A stretch of DNA of 64,000 nt from positions 2,530,802-2,594,801 of the forward strand of contig NMRA01000002.1 in assembly GCA_002633005.1 (NCBI GenBank), given 5' to 3'. Under the pieces are notes generated by a model, which had not been told where the DNA came from, did no database searches, and saw nothing but the letters and a program-made list of their open reading frames with translations. Of this stretch, positions 52,937 to 64,000 are shown piece after piece. Numbering within the stretch: the first letter of the stretch is position 1; every line of letters starts with the position of its first letter. This DNA comes from Phoronis australis. Lineage: Eukaryota; Animalia; Phoronida. The translations under genes and the position numbers were made by a program.

Positions 52937-55900
52937 TTAAATTTTCTTGTACATAAGTGCTACAGATGCGCCTCCGATATACTGTACCTCGAACAAGACT
53001 GTGTGGACGATTTTAAATATTTCGCCGTCTAGTTTTTCGTACACGTCTGGAATGTCACGACACCTGGCGGAAGCAGTTTGTACCATAGAGAGGGTAATCT
53101 GCGGCCTCACCAAATCCGAAACTTCTTGCATCAGACAAGTAGTTTGTTTCTTCAACGACATGGCTTCTGCTGCGCTGTGTACACAGGGTTCGTCTCCCGG
53201 GCAGCGGTCACATAGCAACAATGTAGGAATCAGTTGCTTCTGAATGTCTTCTTCCATTGCCGAGCATAGAGCATTCACCAACTGATACGCGTAAGATACA
53301 ACAGTCTGCATGTTTCCCATAATGTCGTCGTCATCCGTTCTGGTTCTCATAAACGGTTTCTGTGATGTTGAGTCCTCACGTTCGGATAAATCCACCAGTT
53401 CAGTGCTGTTGGCACTATCTTGGCCGCTCAAATCCGTTGCTTCGTCAGAGCAGCTCTTTAAACTTTCATTGCTGTGTCTGGCATTGGTGTTCCAGTTCGT
53501 TTGGCCAGTGTGCGTGTACGGTGATCCATAGAAAGGACTCGAATTTTGCGGTTTTGCGGCGTCAAAGTAGTTCGAGATTGGAGGTTTGTTTGAAGCAACA
53601 TTGATCATTGTTCCTGGGTGATTTACGGTGACCTTGTTTCCAGCGGTGTCTCCAGAAAAATAACTCGAATGTTTGAATCCTTCCGTGTTTTGATTGGCAT
53701 TGTTTTTGTCGATATTTATACTTATATTGATGAAATTGTCTTTAAGGGGGTCCCGCGGAGCCCAGGCCTGCACTGGCACCGGCGGTCTCTCTAAAGAGGA
53801 AATCTTATCCTGCGTAGACATAATATTTTTTGTTGCTTTGGGCGGTTTGCTAACAGGACCGTTCGACGTGTTATCCATGTCGCGGTCGCCTCTCGGGGGA
53901 GTAGGCTGGAATTGTAATATCTTTTCGGATACGCTGTTCCGTCTGATGCTTTTATTATTCTGCACATTGTTTGGATGATTCTCAAATTTAACTTCTGGTT
54001 GTGGCACTGACCTAGCTTTTGTAACAGCGTTTGGTGAATCTAAATTGGGCCTTAAACGATGAGGCACAAATTCATCACTTGACGTTTCAGTTTGTATTTG
54101 AAAAACCTTTTCAGCAACGCTGTTGCTTCTTGGTCGCGCATCTTGTTGTTGGCCAGTATTGCTGTACAATGGCGTCGATTGCTGAATCCTTCCAGGGTTA
54201 CGTCCCATTTGAGTCAACATTCTCTGAGCACCTTCCCCTTGAACTCCAGACTTTGAGATAGCCAGAGCCAGGCGACCAGACTGATCAATCGAGTTTGCAG
54301 CTGAAAGAACCACGTTTGGCTGCATATACGGAAATCTGTTGGTAATACTTCCCTTGACACAACCGTCTGCGCTGACCGTGTTCAAGCGGTCATAAATACT
54401 GTCGCCGTTTACATTAGGTGCAACCTTCATACTGCTATACGTCGTATTTGACCTCGTTGCCGTTGACGGCACGTTTGCATCTCCCGCAGTTTTCTGTGTC
54501 CTGTTGTCGTAATACTGAGGAACCTGCTGCGGTGCATCTACACGTTTGTCATAGATTCGAAACGGCTCATCAGGTAAGTTGATATGCTTGTCATACATTG
54601 AAATTGGTTCCGTACCCAATCTGTTGTTAGCATCCATGATCCCGGTTGATACCGCGCTATCTAACTGAGGATTTCTTTGACTGATGCTGCCGTACATTCG
54701 CTTATATTTACATTGGCCCGTCATACTTTCTGTTACATTCGGTGGGCGACAAAACTTGGATGAATCTACAGGTGTTCGAGGTTTGTTCCATGTTTGTGGT
54801 ACTGGCTCGGCATAGCCAAGCTGGGGAGCAGTTGCCGGCGTTCTAAACTTGTCATTGCCAAAATTATTTCTCGGCGATTGTGTTGGTAAGTTGTATGTTG
54901 GTTCAGGTGGAACAACAGTTGCTGTGTTGCGTTGCCTTGACGCGTAGCTCTGACCATATAACAAATGTTCATTGGTAGTCGTGCGTTCACTTGTTTTATC
55001 TTCATTCATGTACTGGGTCACTGCAGTGCTATCACCGGCGGATGCTTTGCTTTTGCTCAAGTTGGTAATATTTACGCCAGGTATACCGAATTTAGAAAAA
55101 GTCTGCAAAAGGACTCCAGGAATTATAGGGTACCTATTTGTGATGCTGCTACGAACGCGTGTGACTGTGGCCTGATTTTCAGGAGCACAAAAGCGAGATG
55201 CTGTACTTTTCAAATCACTTGCTGGAGGCGCAGCATGTTTTTTTGCTTCGCGCTTTTCTTTTTGCGGGTATACTTTTTCGGTTTCACGGTTTGCACGTGG
55301 TGGGGTAATTTTAGGGGGAACAATTGCAGTATTCCCCGGAAAAAGGGGTGAATCGCCTTGGATGGTAGAAGACCAGGTTTTAGCATTCTGGTTTTTTGGA
55401 TAAGCCGGCTCGTCTTGTGCGATTGATTCAGTAGAATCCCGCCTTTCCACGTTGCCATCCATTTTGGGCTTTTTTATATCGTCCACGTGAGCTGCCAATA
55501 TTTCACGTGCGTCACCTGAAGGTACCGGTAAGGAATCCATTAGTCCCTTCGAGTTATCTTTTTTCCCCTTTTCCTTTGACTCCTTGTCACCGTCTGCCGT
55601 TCTCTCCCCTGGTTTATTCCCCTTCCCAGTCACGGACTTTTTTCGGTCTTTATCTGTATGTTNTGTACCTTTCAAATCACTTGCTGGAGGCGCAGCATGT
55701 TTTTTTGCTTCGCGCTTTTCTTTTTGCGGGTATACTTTTTCGGTTTCACGGTTTGCACGCGGTGGGGTAATTTTAGGGGGAACAATCGCAGTATTCCCCG
55801 GCAAAAGGGGTGAATCGCCTTGGATGGTAGAAGACCAGGTTTTAGCATTCTGGTTTTTTGGATAAGCCGGCTCGTCTTGTGGGATTGATTCAGTAGAATC

Positions 55901-57250
55901 CCGCCTTTCCACGTTGCCATCCATTTTGGGCTTTTTTATATCGGCCACGTGAGCTGCCAATATTTCACGTGCGTCACCTGAAGGTAACGGTAAGGAATCC
56001 ATTAGTACCTTAGAGTTATCTTTTTTGCCCTTTTCCTTTGACTCCTTGTCACCGTCTGCCGTTCTCTCCCCTGGTTTATTCCCCTTCCCAGTCACGGACT
56101 TTTTTCGGTCTTTATCTGTATGTTTTTTCTTTTTAGCTGTTTTGTCGTTTTGAGGATTGGTTTCTTCGTTTTTCTTTGACACTTTTTTGTCTGATATTTT
56201 ACCTGCGATTGTGCCTTCTTTAGACTGGCTTGCATCAGCATTTTCATCCTGTTTTTTATCATTTGAAGGCTTGCTGTCATCTTTTAAGTCTCCGTCATCA
56301 CCTTGCTTAATTTCACTGTTTTCTTTGCTGTTTTTCTTGCCTTCTTTAGTTTTCTCGCCATCCATCTTCTCCGGTTTCTGTTTCGATTTCTTTTCGTGTT
56401 TGGACGTCTCACCGCCAGCAGACTTGCTCTTATCAGTTGACTTTTCTCCGTCGTTTGTCGGTTTATTATCAGACGAGCTCTTTGTCCCACCCGGGGACTT
56501 CTTGCCACTTTTAGATGGTTTGTCGCCCTTCGTTATAGACTGTTTTTTAGCAGAGGAAACGTCTCCTGCGTTGGTAGTAGATTTGCGTGTTTTTGCTTTA
56601 TTACCTGGTGAACTTTTCGTTCCCTTGGGTGACTTTTTGCCACTTTTGGGTGAACTTTTACCTTTAGACCCAGACGGTTTCTTATCAGAAGATTTTGAAT
56701 TTCCTTTGCGAGAACCAGCTCCTGCGCTTGTAGTAGATTTTCGTGTTTTTGTTTTATTACCAGGCGAACTTTTCGTTCCCTTGGGGGACTTTTTGCCACT
56801 CTTAGGTGAACTGTTACCTTTAGACCCAGACGGTTTCTTATCAGAAGATTTTGAATTTCCTTTAGGAGACTTCTTTCCTGCACTTGCGGTAGATTTGTGT
56901 CTTTTTGTTGAATTACCAGGGGAACTTTTGGCATTGGCGGGTGACTTTTTGCCACTTTTAGTTCCAGATGGTTTTTTATCAGATGACTTGTGTCCTTTTG
57001 CTTTACCTCCAGGTGAGCTGCTTGTCCCTTTCGGAGACTTTTTGCCACTTTTTGGCGATTTGTTGCCTTTAGCTCCAGGTGACTTACCTGTTGACGTCGC
57101 AGATACGGGCTGCTTTACCGACTTGTCATTTTTGCTTGTCTTTTTGTCTACGCCGTCTGCTTGCTTGCTGCCATTAGGTTTTTGTGCAGAAGCCTTTTCA
57201 CCTTTTGCCCCTCCGCCATTACCAGACTTTCCTTTTTTACTTTCTGTCAT
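52937..57250 (-). CDS. Large uninterrupted ORF: Lys/Ser-rich SPK-repeat N-terminus, long low-complexity middle, small helical C-terminal domain; unknown function
   Basis: 4.3 kb without a stop in AT-rich DNA; aaaATG start context; in-frame 156-bp repeats. A 462-bp duplication around N55663 may be an artefact (about 1283 aa without it). Confidence 0.85.
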   Translation of the reverse strand: MTESKKGKSGNGGGAKGEKASAQKPNGSKQADGVDKKTSKNDKSVKQPVSATSTGKSPGAKGNKSPKSGKKSPKGTSSSPGGKAKGHKSSDKKPSGTKSGKKSPANAKSSPGNSTKRHKSTASAGKKSPKGNSKSSDKKPSGSKGNSSPKSGKKSPKGTKSSPGNKTKTRKSTTSAGAGSRKGNSKSSDKKPSGSKGKSSPKSGKKSPKGTKSSPGNKAKTRKSTTNAGDVSSAKKQSITKGDKPSKSGKKSPGGTKSSSDNKPTNDGEKSTDKSKSAGGETSKHEKKSKQKPEKMDGEKTKEGKKNSKENSEIKQGDDGDLKDDSKPSNDKKQDENADASQSKEGTIAGKISDKKVSKKNEETNPQNDKTAKKKKHTDKDRKKSVTGKGNKPGERTADGDKESKEKGKKDNSKVLMDSLPLPSGDAREILAAHVADIKKPKMDGNVERRDSTESIPQDEPAYPKNQNAKTWSSTIQGDSPLLPGNTAIVPPKITPPRANRETEKVYPQKEKREAKKHAAPPASDLKGTXHTDKDRKKSVTGKGNKPGERTADGDKESKEKGKKDNSKGLMDSLPVPSGDAREILAAHVDDIKKPKMDGNVERRDSTESIAQDEPAYPKNQNAKTWSSTIQGDSPLFPGNTAIVPPKITPPRANRETEKVYPQKEKREAKKHAAPPASDLKSTASRFCAPENQATVTRVRSSITNRYPIIPGVLLQTFSKFGIPGVNITNLSKSKASAGDSTAVTQYMNEDKTSERTTTNEHLLYGQSYASRQRNTATVVPPEPTYNLPTQSPRNNFGNDKFRTPATAPQLGYAEPVPQTWNKPRTPVDSSKFCRPPNVTESMTGQCKYKRMYGSISQRNPQLDSAVSTGIMDANNRLGTEPISMYDKHINLPDEPFRIYDKRVDAPQQVPQYYDNRTQKTAGDANVPSTATRSNTTYSSMKVAPNVNGDSIYDRLNTVSADGCVKGSITNRFPYMQPNVVLSAANSIDQSGRLALAISKSGVQGEGAQRMLTQMGRNPGRIQQSTPLYSNTGQQQDARPRSNSVAEKVFQIQTETSSDEFVPHRLRPNLDSPNAVTKARSVPQPEVKFENHPNNVQNNKSIRRNSVSEKILQFQPTPPRGDRDMDNTSNGPVSKPPKATKNIMSTQDKISSLERPPVPVQAWAPRDPLKDNFINISINIDKNNANQNTEGFKHSSYFSGDTAGNKVTVNHPGTMINVASNKPPISNYFDAAKPQNSSPFYGSPYTHTGQTNWNTNARHSNESLKSCSDEATDLSGQDSANSTELVDLSEREDSTSQKPFMRTRTDDDDIMGNMQTVVSYAYQLVNALCSAMEEDIQKQLIPTLLLCDRCPGDEPCVHSAAEAMSLKKQTTCLMQEVSDLVRPQITLSMVQTASARCRDIPDVYEKLDGEIFKIVHTVLFEVQYIGGASVALMYKKI
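55202..56124. repeat. Tandem 462-bp duplication joined by a single N
   Basis: 55202-55662 versus 55664-56124, about 10 substitutions by eye; N at 55663. Confidence 0.9.
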
Positions 57251-58432
57251 TTTTGAAACTCAACGAATCGGTGAAAGTATTACCCCTAGGAGGTTTTTCC
57301 TTTCATACTGAGCTCGCGAACCAGCACTCTTTAATTACTATGAAAGGCAGTGGCCTGTTGCTTCAATATTCAGTTGATTTTTCATGAAGACTATTAGGCG
57401 CCAGTTCTTCTCGTACTTTGGGCCGCTAGCGTTTTATGGAGACCGAGGCTTTTCAGTAAGCGATGTTTGGCTCGTAAAATATCCTTTGTGGATATTGCCG
57501 CCTCTGAAATTCAAAATTGAATTCTGTTGATGCCGTAAACCAACGGTGATTTCAAATATGTTTGGCTTTAGCCATAAACATTTTATTGTCCAAAGAATCT
57601 GTGTACATTTTACGGTGCTAGTGAATAACAAAACCAATGTCACGAGCAACAGAAAACAGTTGTGGATTAGCATGTTGCTGAAAAATTATTGGTCGTTACA
57701 TGTACATTGGCCATGATACATGATTGCATAATGAAGTAGCTGTCAAAATATATCTGAACTTTGGTATCAAAACTTGTTCAGGCAGTACATATGACCTTCT
57801 ACAGCTGTAAGTGAAAACGTCCGAACTTTTCACATGATATTGCAGTCACCACTTTTAACAGTCAATAACTTTAGCTAAATTGCATATGCAGCTAATTTGA
57901 AATTTCATACAGTTTGATAAACTATAGAACAATGAAACGAAATGATTTTTTCTGTGCTATACTTAACGTCTCTAACGTTGAGATTTAAACCTAATGGACA
58001 AACCTTTTGTCCCCTGACGAGATTCTGACTACATCACAACGGGACAGCAAATCATGACGTCAGCGAGAATTACTAGCTTGCATCACGCTCTGAACGGCCA
58101 TAAAAATACACATTTGCACGTATGCCGCCTAAAAAATAGGGGAACTCAAATTTTTGAGAATGTGGATCTTTTACTAAAAAAGGGGTACGCTGAGAGCCAT
58201 GAATTCTGCCTTCGCCGAATTCCTGCCTTTTTAGTGGACTTTTGTCTCATTTCTACTTTTTCGGACTTTTTGTTTCTCTGAGGTAGACCTTTTTGCCTTC
58301 TTCGCCAAATGGAGGCTCGTTCGACCCCCCCCCTTGGGTACGCGCATGCTCTTTGGGGTGGCTTAGACCTTATTATGCCTTGTCCGATTACAATTACTTC
58401 AGTTGCAAGTAGCTCCCATCTAATTCGTAATT

Positions 58433-60043
58433 ATAGTAATTTTGATTTAGGTGTTGTAAAGTGTGACTTCCTGTTGTGACGACACGTACAGTCAGAGAAA
58501 GCCTGTCTATGTCACTTGCCAAGCGGCAATTGCCTCTTGGCCGAATAGTTTAGATGCCTAACCGTCTCTCGTGCAACCTTGATTCAAGTCCCGCCGGAGA
58601 CACGGAAATTTTCTGCATAGGCCACTTTTGTTGTCTCAACTTCAACATCATTATGACTAAACATATTGGGCTGGGAAAACTCTTGGTAATTGAGAGAGAC
58701 CAGAGTCATCAAGTTGGCTTTACTGCGAAGGTCATTTTTGAGAATAATCTCAAGTACACTACGGTAATTCTTCTCAAAAACCAGCTGTTGCACCTTAACA
58801 ATCTAAGTGTTGAAAAGGGCGAAAAAGTTTGTTTTTGACAGAATTGGTGTTTATATCACATTTGATTATTAAATTTACCTCCTGTACAATGTATCGGGCT
58901 CAATAAAAGCGTGTCTTTAAGCTGATGGATTAGAATTTGGCAAACGACGGGGCTTAAACTCAAATTGAACGGAATTTTGTATGTTTATACATCGAAACGA
59001 ATTAGAATCTTTGAACCGGGTAAGCAATCTCCAAAGCTGTGTGTAGCTAAAATAATCGCGATCACCTTTTTTCCAGAAACCGCGATTATATTTTCCCTGA
59101 TTATTGTTAGAGCATGCGAAGAAATGCAGATGCTAGGATTTTTGTCCCTGTATCAAAGAAAATGATCAGTATCGAAGTTTAAAATACGAAAAAAGGTTTA
59201 ACTTGAATTTTAGCCGTTCTATTCGCCAAATGGAGGTCCAGCAATTTTAAGATGTCAAACAGTCTCCTAGTAAGCAAAGTCGATTTCACATCAGATACCG
59301 CCATTCGCTTGACTCCCATAGTAATAGTTGACAGAATGTTCTAACATCTGGCGGGTTGAGTGGCCAGGGGGACGGAAGTACACGTGTATCGTTGCGCGAA
59401 CTCCTCCCTTCCATCTGTTCGTCAGTGACTGCACATACATGTAAGTTGTCTTTGGCGTGACAATTTCGAAGCAAGGTGAACAGAGAGAAAACAAATCTAT
59501 CACTTCATAAGATTTGTGAACTCTCGGGGTCAATATTTCAAGATATTCTGATGAATTTCCGAAACAGGAAAATTGCCATTATTAATGGATACTAAACCCT
59601 ATATTAGTCCACTAATAAAACGTTAATACGCCTTAGTGAAATCTTTGAAACAAAACAATGCTCTGTAATCGTCATGAACACTCCAAAGTTTGAAGCAATA
59701 TAGCAAAAGTTTAAAAACTTGTGCTATATCGGCAAACGTGATTAATGTTTTAGGAGAATTCCAGTGCGGATGCGTGGAAACACCACAATTTTCAACACAG
59801 TGGCATGTGCCATATCATGGATGAAAATGTGGGTTACTTATCATGTAACAGTAGGTGAAACAAACGATTGTGTGCTCGATCGTGACAAAAAGGTTTATTA
59901 TCATTGCAAGGCCAGAAAACATGCTCCGTTGCTTTTTTTGAAATTTTAACCTGTAGCGTTCTAGTTTATAGTTGCTAACTTTTTCAAAAAAACAAAATCC
60001 TTCCCGAACGAGCGAATGCGATACGGGATTTGCTTTTTATTCA
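58433..60043 (+). repeat. 1.6-kb segment repeated directly at 60921-62533
   Basis: High identity throughout, with paired ORFs in the track (e.g. 58965 and 61462). Confidence 0.9.
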
Positions 60044-60920
60044 CCTATTTCACGAAAGCGCCATCTTCCCGCGCCATCTTTAAATACTGATTGAAAACGA
60101 GGCACACTGATAAAACCTCGTGAACGGTCGTCAGCTGGCCTTGATGGTTTACTGTGCAGTGCCTGAACGTACCAAGTCCAACTCGTCGGTATCCTTCCCA
60201 GGGATATACTTAGCCACTCATTCAGTCGCCAATGCGAGTAAAAATGGTGCTGGGCGAGTAGAAGTTGACTTGCCGGTCGCCCAGGTGGCGAGCGAATTTC
60301 AAAGCACAAAAGCACTATATATCGTTTCCCTCAGATGAATATGAATAATTTTCCTCCTCCTTGTGCTGTTTTTATCATGAATTTAAGGTTCAGTTTGGTC
60401 ATCGTGTCGATGCTACGGCAGTAAAAAACATCGGCGCAGTGCGACCCTACCGATTCAGTACATGTCACCTGTTACGCGATTCGTCAAAAAAATCACAGTG
60501 TGTGGTCGTGCACAAAGAATTTGTGGACCAGTCCGAAACGAAGTAAAGGGGAGAAAGGTGGAAGACCGGTCCATGTGCTCATAGCAAATGAAATACCATA
60601 CTTCTTGGAACTGATTCCTTTTTGTAATGTACAATGACATTTTAGCCAAAATTATTTTTATAACATAAGCGCCCATGCCCCTATAAGCGTCCCCACTCGT
60701 TTCCAGACTTCGCTAAAATAAGCGCCCAGTCCATGAATGTGTACATATTTGTGCGAAAAATGTCTTACCTCACAGTTCTAAAATTCTCCAGTAATGTATT
60801 CAATTTAGTATCCGACAGTTCTGAAAAATCATTGTGCGCGGAATTTCTAGTAGACCACGAGCCTCGCCCCTATGTCGGTATTTAGCCGTGGCTGTNNNNN
60901 NNNNNNNNNNNNNNNNNNNN

Positions 60921-62533
60921 ATAGTAATTTTGATTTAGGTGTTGTGAAGTGTGACTTCCTGTTGCGACGACACGTACAGTCAGATAAAGCCTGTCTATGT
61001 CGCTTTCCAAGCGGCAATTGCCTCTTGACCGAATAGTTTAGATGCCTAACCGTCTCTCGTGCAACCTTGATTCAAGTCCCGCCGGAGACACGGAAATTTT
61101 CTGCATAGGCCACTTTTGTTGTCTCAACTTCAACATCATGACTAAAATTTTGGGCTGGGAAAACTCTTGGTAATTGAGAGAGACTAGAGTCATCAAGTTG
61201 GCTTCACTGCGAAGGTCATTTTTGAGAATAATCTCAAGTACACTACGGTAATTCTTCTCAAAAACCAGGTGTTGCACCTTAGCAATCTAAGTGTTGAAAA
61301 GGGCGAAAAAGTTTGTTTTTGACAGAATTGGTGTTTATATCACACTTGATTATTAAATTTACCTCCTGCACAATGTATCGGGCTCTATAAAAGCGTGTCT
61401 TTAAGTTGATGGATTAGAATTTGGCAAACTACGGGGCTTAAGCTCAAATTGAACGGAATTTTTGTATGTTTATACATCGAAACGAATTAGGATCTTTGAA
61501 CCGGGTAAGCAATCTCCAAAGCTATGTGTAGCTAAAATAATCGCGATCACCTTTTTTCCGGAAACCGCGATTACATTTTTCCTGATTATTGTTAGAGCTT
61601 GCAAAGAAATGCAGATGCGAGGTTTTTTGTCCCTGTATCAAAGAAAATGATCAGTATCGAAGTTTAAAATACGAAAAAAGGTTTAACTTGAATTTTAGCC
61701 ATTTTATTCGCCAAATGGAGGTCCAGCAATTTTAAGATGTCAAACAGTCTCCTAGGAAGCAAAGTCGATTTCACATCAGATACCGCCATTCGCTTGACTC
61801 CCATAGTAATAGTTGACAGAATGTTCAAACATTTGGCGGGTTGAGTGGCAAGGGGACGGAAGTACACGTGTATCGTTGCGCGAACTCCTCCCTTCCATCT
61901 GTTCGTCCGTGACTGCACATACATGTACATGTAAGTTATCTTTGGCGTGACAATTTCGAAGCAAGGTGACCAGAGAGAAAACAAATCTATCACGCCATAA
62001 GATTTGTAAACTCTTGGGGTCAACGTTTCAAGATATTCTGATGAATTTCCGAAACAGGAAAATTGTCATTATCAATGGATACTAAACCCTATATTAGTCC
62101 ACTAATAAAACGTTAATACGCCTTAGTGAAATCTTTGAAACAAAACAATGCTCTGTAATCGTCATGAATCCTCCAAAGTTTGTAGCAATATAGCAAAAGT
62201 TTAAAATCTTTTGCTATATCGGCAAACGTGATTAATGGTTTAGGAGAATTCCAGTACGGATGCGTGGAAAGACCACAATTTTCAACACAGTGGCATGTGT
62301 CATTTCATGGATGCAAATGTGGGTTATTTATCGTGTAGCAGTAGGTGAAACAAACGATTGTGTGCTCAATCGTGACAAAAAGGTTTATTATCATTGTAAG
62401 GCCAGAAAACATGCTCCGTTGCTTTTTTGAAAAGTAAACCTGTAGCGTTGTAGTTTTTAGTTGCTAACTTTTTCCAAAAAAAACAAAATCCTTCCCGAAC
62501 GAGCAAATGCGATATGGGATTTGCTTTTTATTC
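60921..62533 (+). repeat. Second copy of the 1.6-kb segment, starting at an N gap
   Basis: Aligns with 58433-60043; the right flanks diverge after ...GCTTTTTATTCA. Confidence 0.9.
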
Positions 62534-64000
62534 AACTCCGAACAGCTCCGAGTGGGGTGCGGGCTGGCGGCAGTCGTTTCAGTGCTCTAAAAATCGCCTT
62601 TTTATCTCCATGGGCGACAGCAAATATGGAAATGGCGTCACAATCCAACATAAAGGATGCAGGTGGTCTGTTGTTTTTGGTGCATATGACTTGGGCTGGC
62701 CACGTACATGTAGTTGGTGCCAATGCATGAAACACTTAAACATTGTTATCCTTTAATGTGTTCTTTGTGAAAGAAGTCTTAAAGACTGCCTGTCTTCTTT
62801 AAGAAAATGAAGAGACTTTCTTCGTTGTTACAATGCAATATACTTTGTAGACATGTAATGATGCCATTCTTAGCCTATGGAAAGCTGGGCAAGACTCTAG
62901 CAGGTGTGTAGTGCTTTGAACTTCAATATCACCCTGGGTTACCCATATGCACCGTGATGTGCCTGTGTCGGGATAGATTACAATAGTTCTTTACGACTTG
63001 AATGGATTGTCTTGTGCTCAATCTAACGTTTTTGAAGCCTTTTGGTTTACTTATATCGGGAAAGTTCCCCTAGTTGCTTTCTACGGAAATTGATATGCGA
63101 TTTGTGTGGAAAAGGGCTAACTAAACTCGACAGCTGCATTTTTGTTTATTAGTTCAACCGTTTCAAACAAAATTATTGTTGAATTCTTCACTGTGGCAAT
63201 TTGAACTTCACCGAGTTTCGTGCTTCTGGCAATGCTTGTAGCCTCGCATTCAGCATAATTTCTGACATTTCATCATTCATCATCTGGCCTGCCACTTCTC
63301 GTTCAATTATCGTGGAATTACGTCGAGTTGCCTGTAAAGCACATTGACAACGATTTGTTTAAAATTCCATTTCACCCTGGTCAGCTGGCTAAAACGGGTA
63401 TAAAATTAGGCTATTTACTCTCACAAAGTCGACCACACAATCAGTCCTCTCCGAGATTGAGTTCCGTTTGCGTATTTTAATGGGAACGAGGAACACCACC
63501 GACTCCCAAAAACGCTTTCTAAATCGAAAATGGTAAATTGACAACGGTAATACAATCCTTTTATGGTAAGGAATCTCGGGAGACCTATTTTATGAGAGTG
63601 AAAAGCCTAATTTGAGGTCGTTTTATCTAGCTAAGCAGGGCAAATTGCAGGCTTCATTCCGAGTTGACTCCGAGCAGACCAATTAAAAATTTTACAACTT
63701 CATGGCTCCGACCGTGGTATTGAGATTTCGTATATGTACAGTATATTGTATACCCGACCGATTTCTGAACACAGGATATTTGTCCGTCTGCACGACGTGA
63801 TTCTGGGACAACTATCCCAGAAGCCTTCGTTCACACATGACTAGTTGAAGATTTCCGTGTTAAATGGAAGAAAATGTTAGAAATATTTTTTTATTCATGC
63901 AGGTAGAAAAGACATCAGCTGCCTCCAAAAATGTCTCTGTACAAAGGAAATGAACAGAAAACCACGTGCCTTTGGCGATTTAGCCAGCTGTGAGGCGCAG

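Noticed and set aside
56157-57311. 384-aa plus-strand Leu/Phe-rich ORF
   Set aside because: Antisense shadow of the Lys/Ser repeat ORF; its composition is what reverse-complemented codons give.

Overview
Repeat-rich animal genomic DNA, probably from a marine invertebrate, in a draft assembly with N gaps; it is not prokaryotic. Most short ORFs in the track are noise. Three host genes can be supported. (1) The 5' part of a secreted F5/8 type C (discoidin) domain gene on the minus strand (exons 4146-4103 and 1068-681), continuing off the left edge. (2) A gene with two coding exons on the plus strand (25391-25746 + 30712-30955) that the ORF track splits into unrelated pieces. Spliced, it gives a 199-aa protein with a signal peptide and an intact zinc-deaminase site (HAE...SPCKSC), i.e. 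a secreted AID/APOBEC-like (SNAD-type) deaminase; this is the main find. (3) A 4.3-kb uninterrupted ORF (57250-52937, minus) encoding a Lys/Ser-rich SPK-repeat protein with no recognisable domain. The rest is transposon debris: an AcademX fossil, TTAA-flanked DNA elements, a hAT family with 5-bp target duplications, LINE 3' fragments, MITEs and a dimeric satellite. The palindrome TACATGTA is strongly over-represented. All family assignments come from motif recognition by eye; no searches were run.
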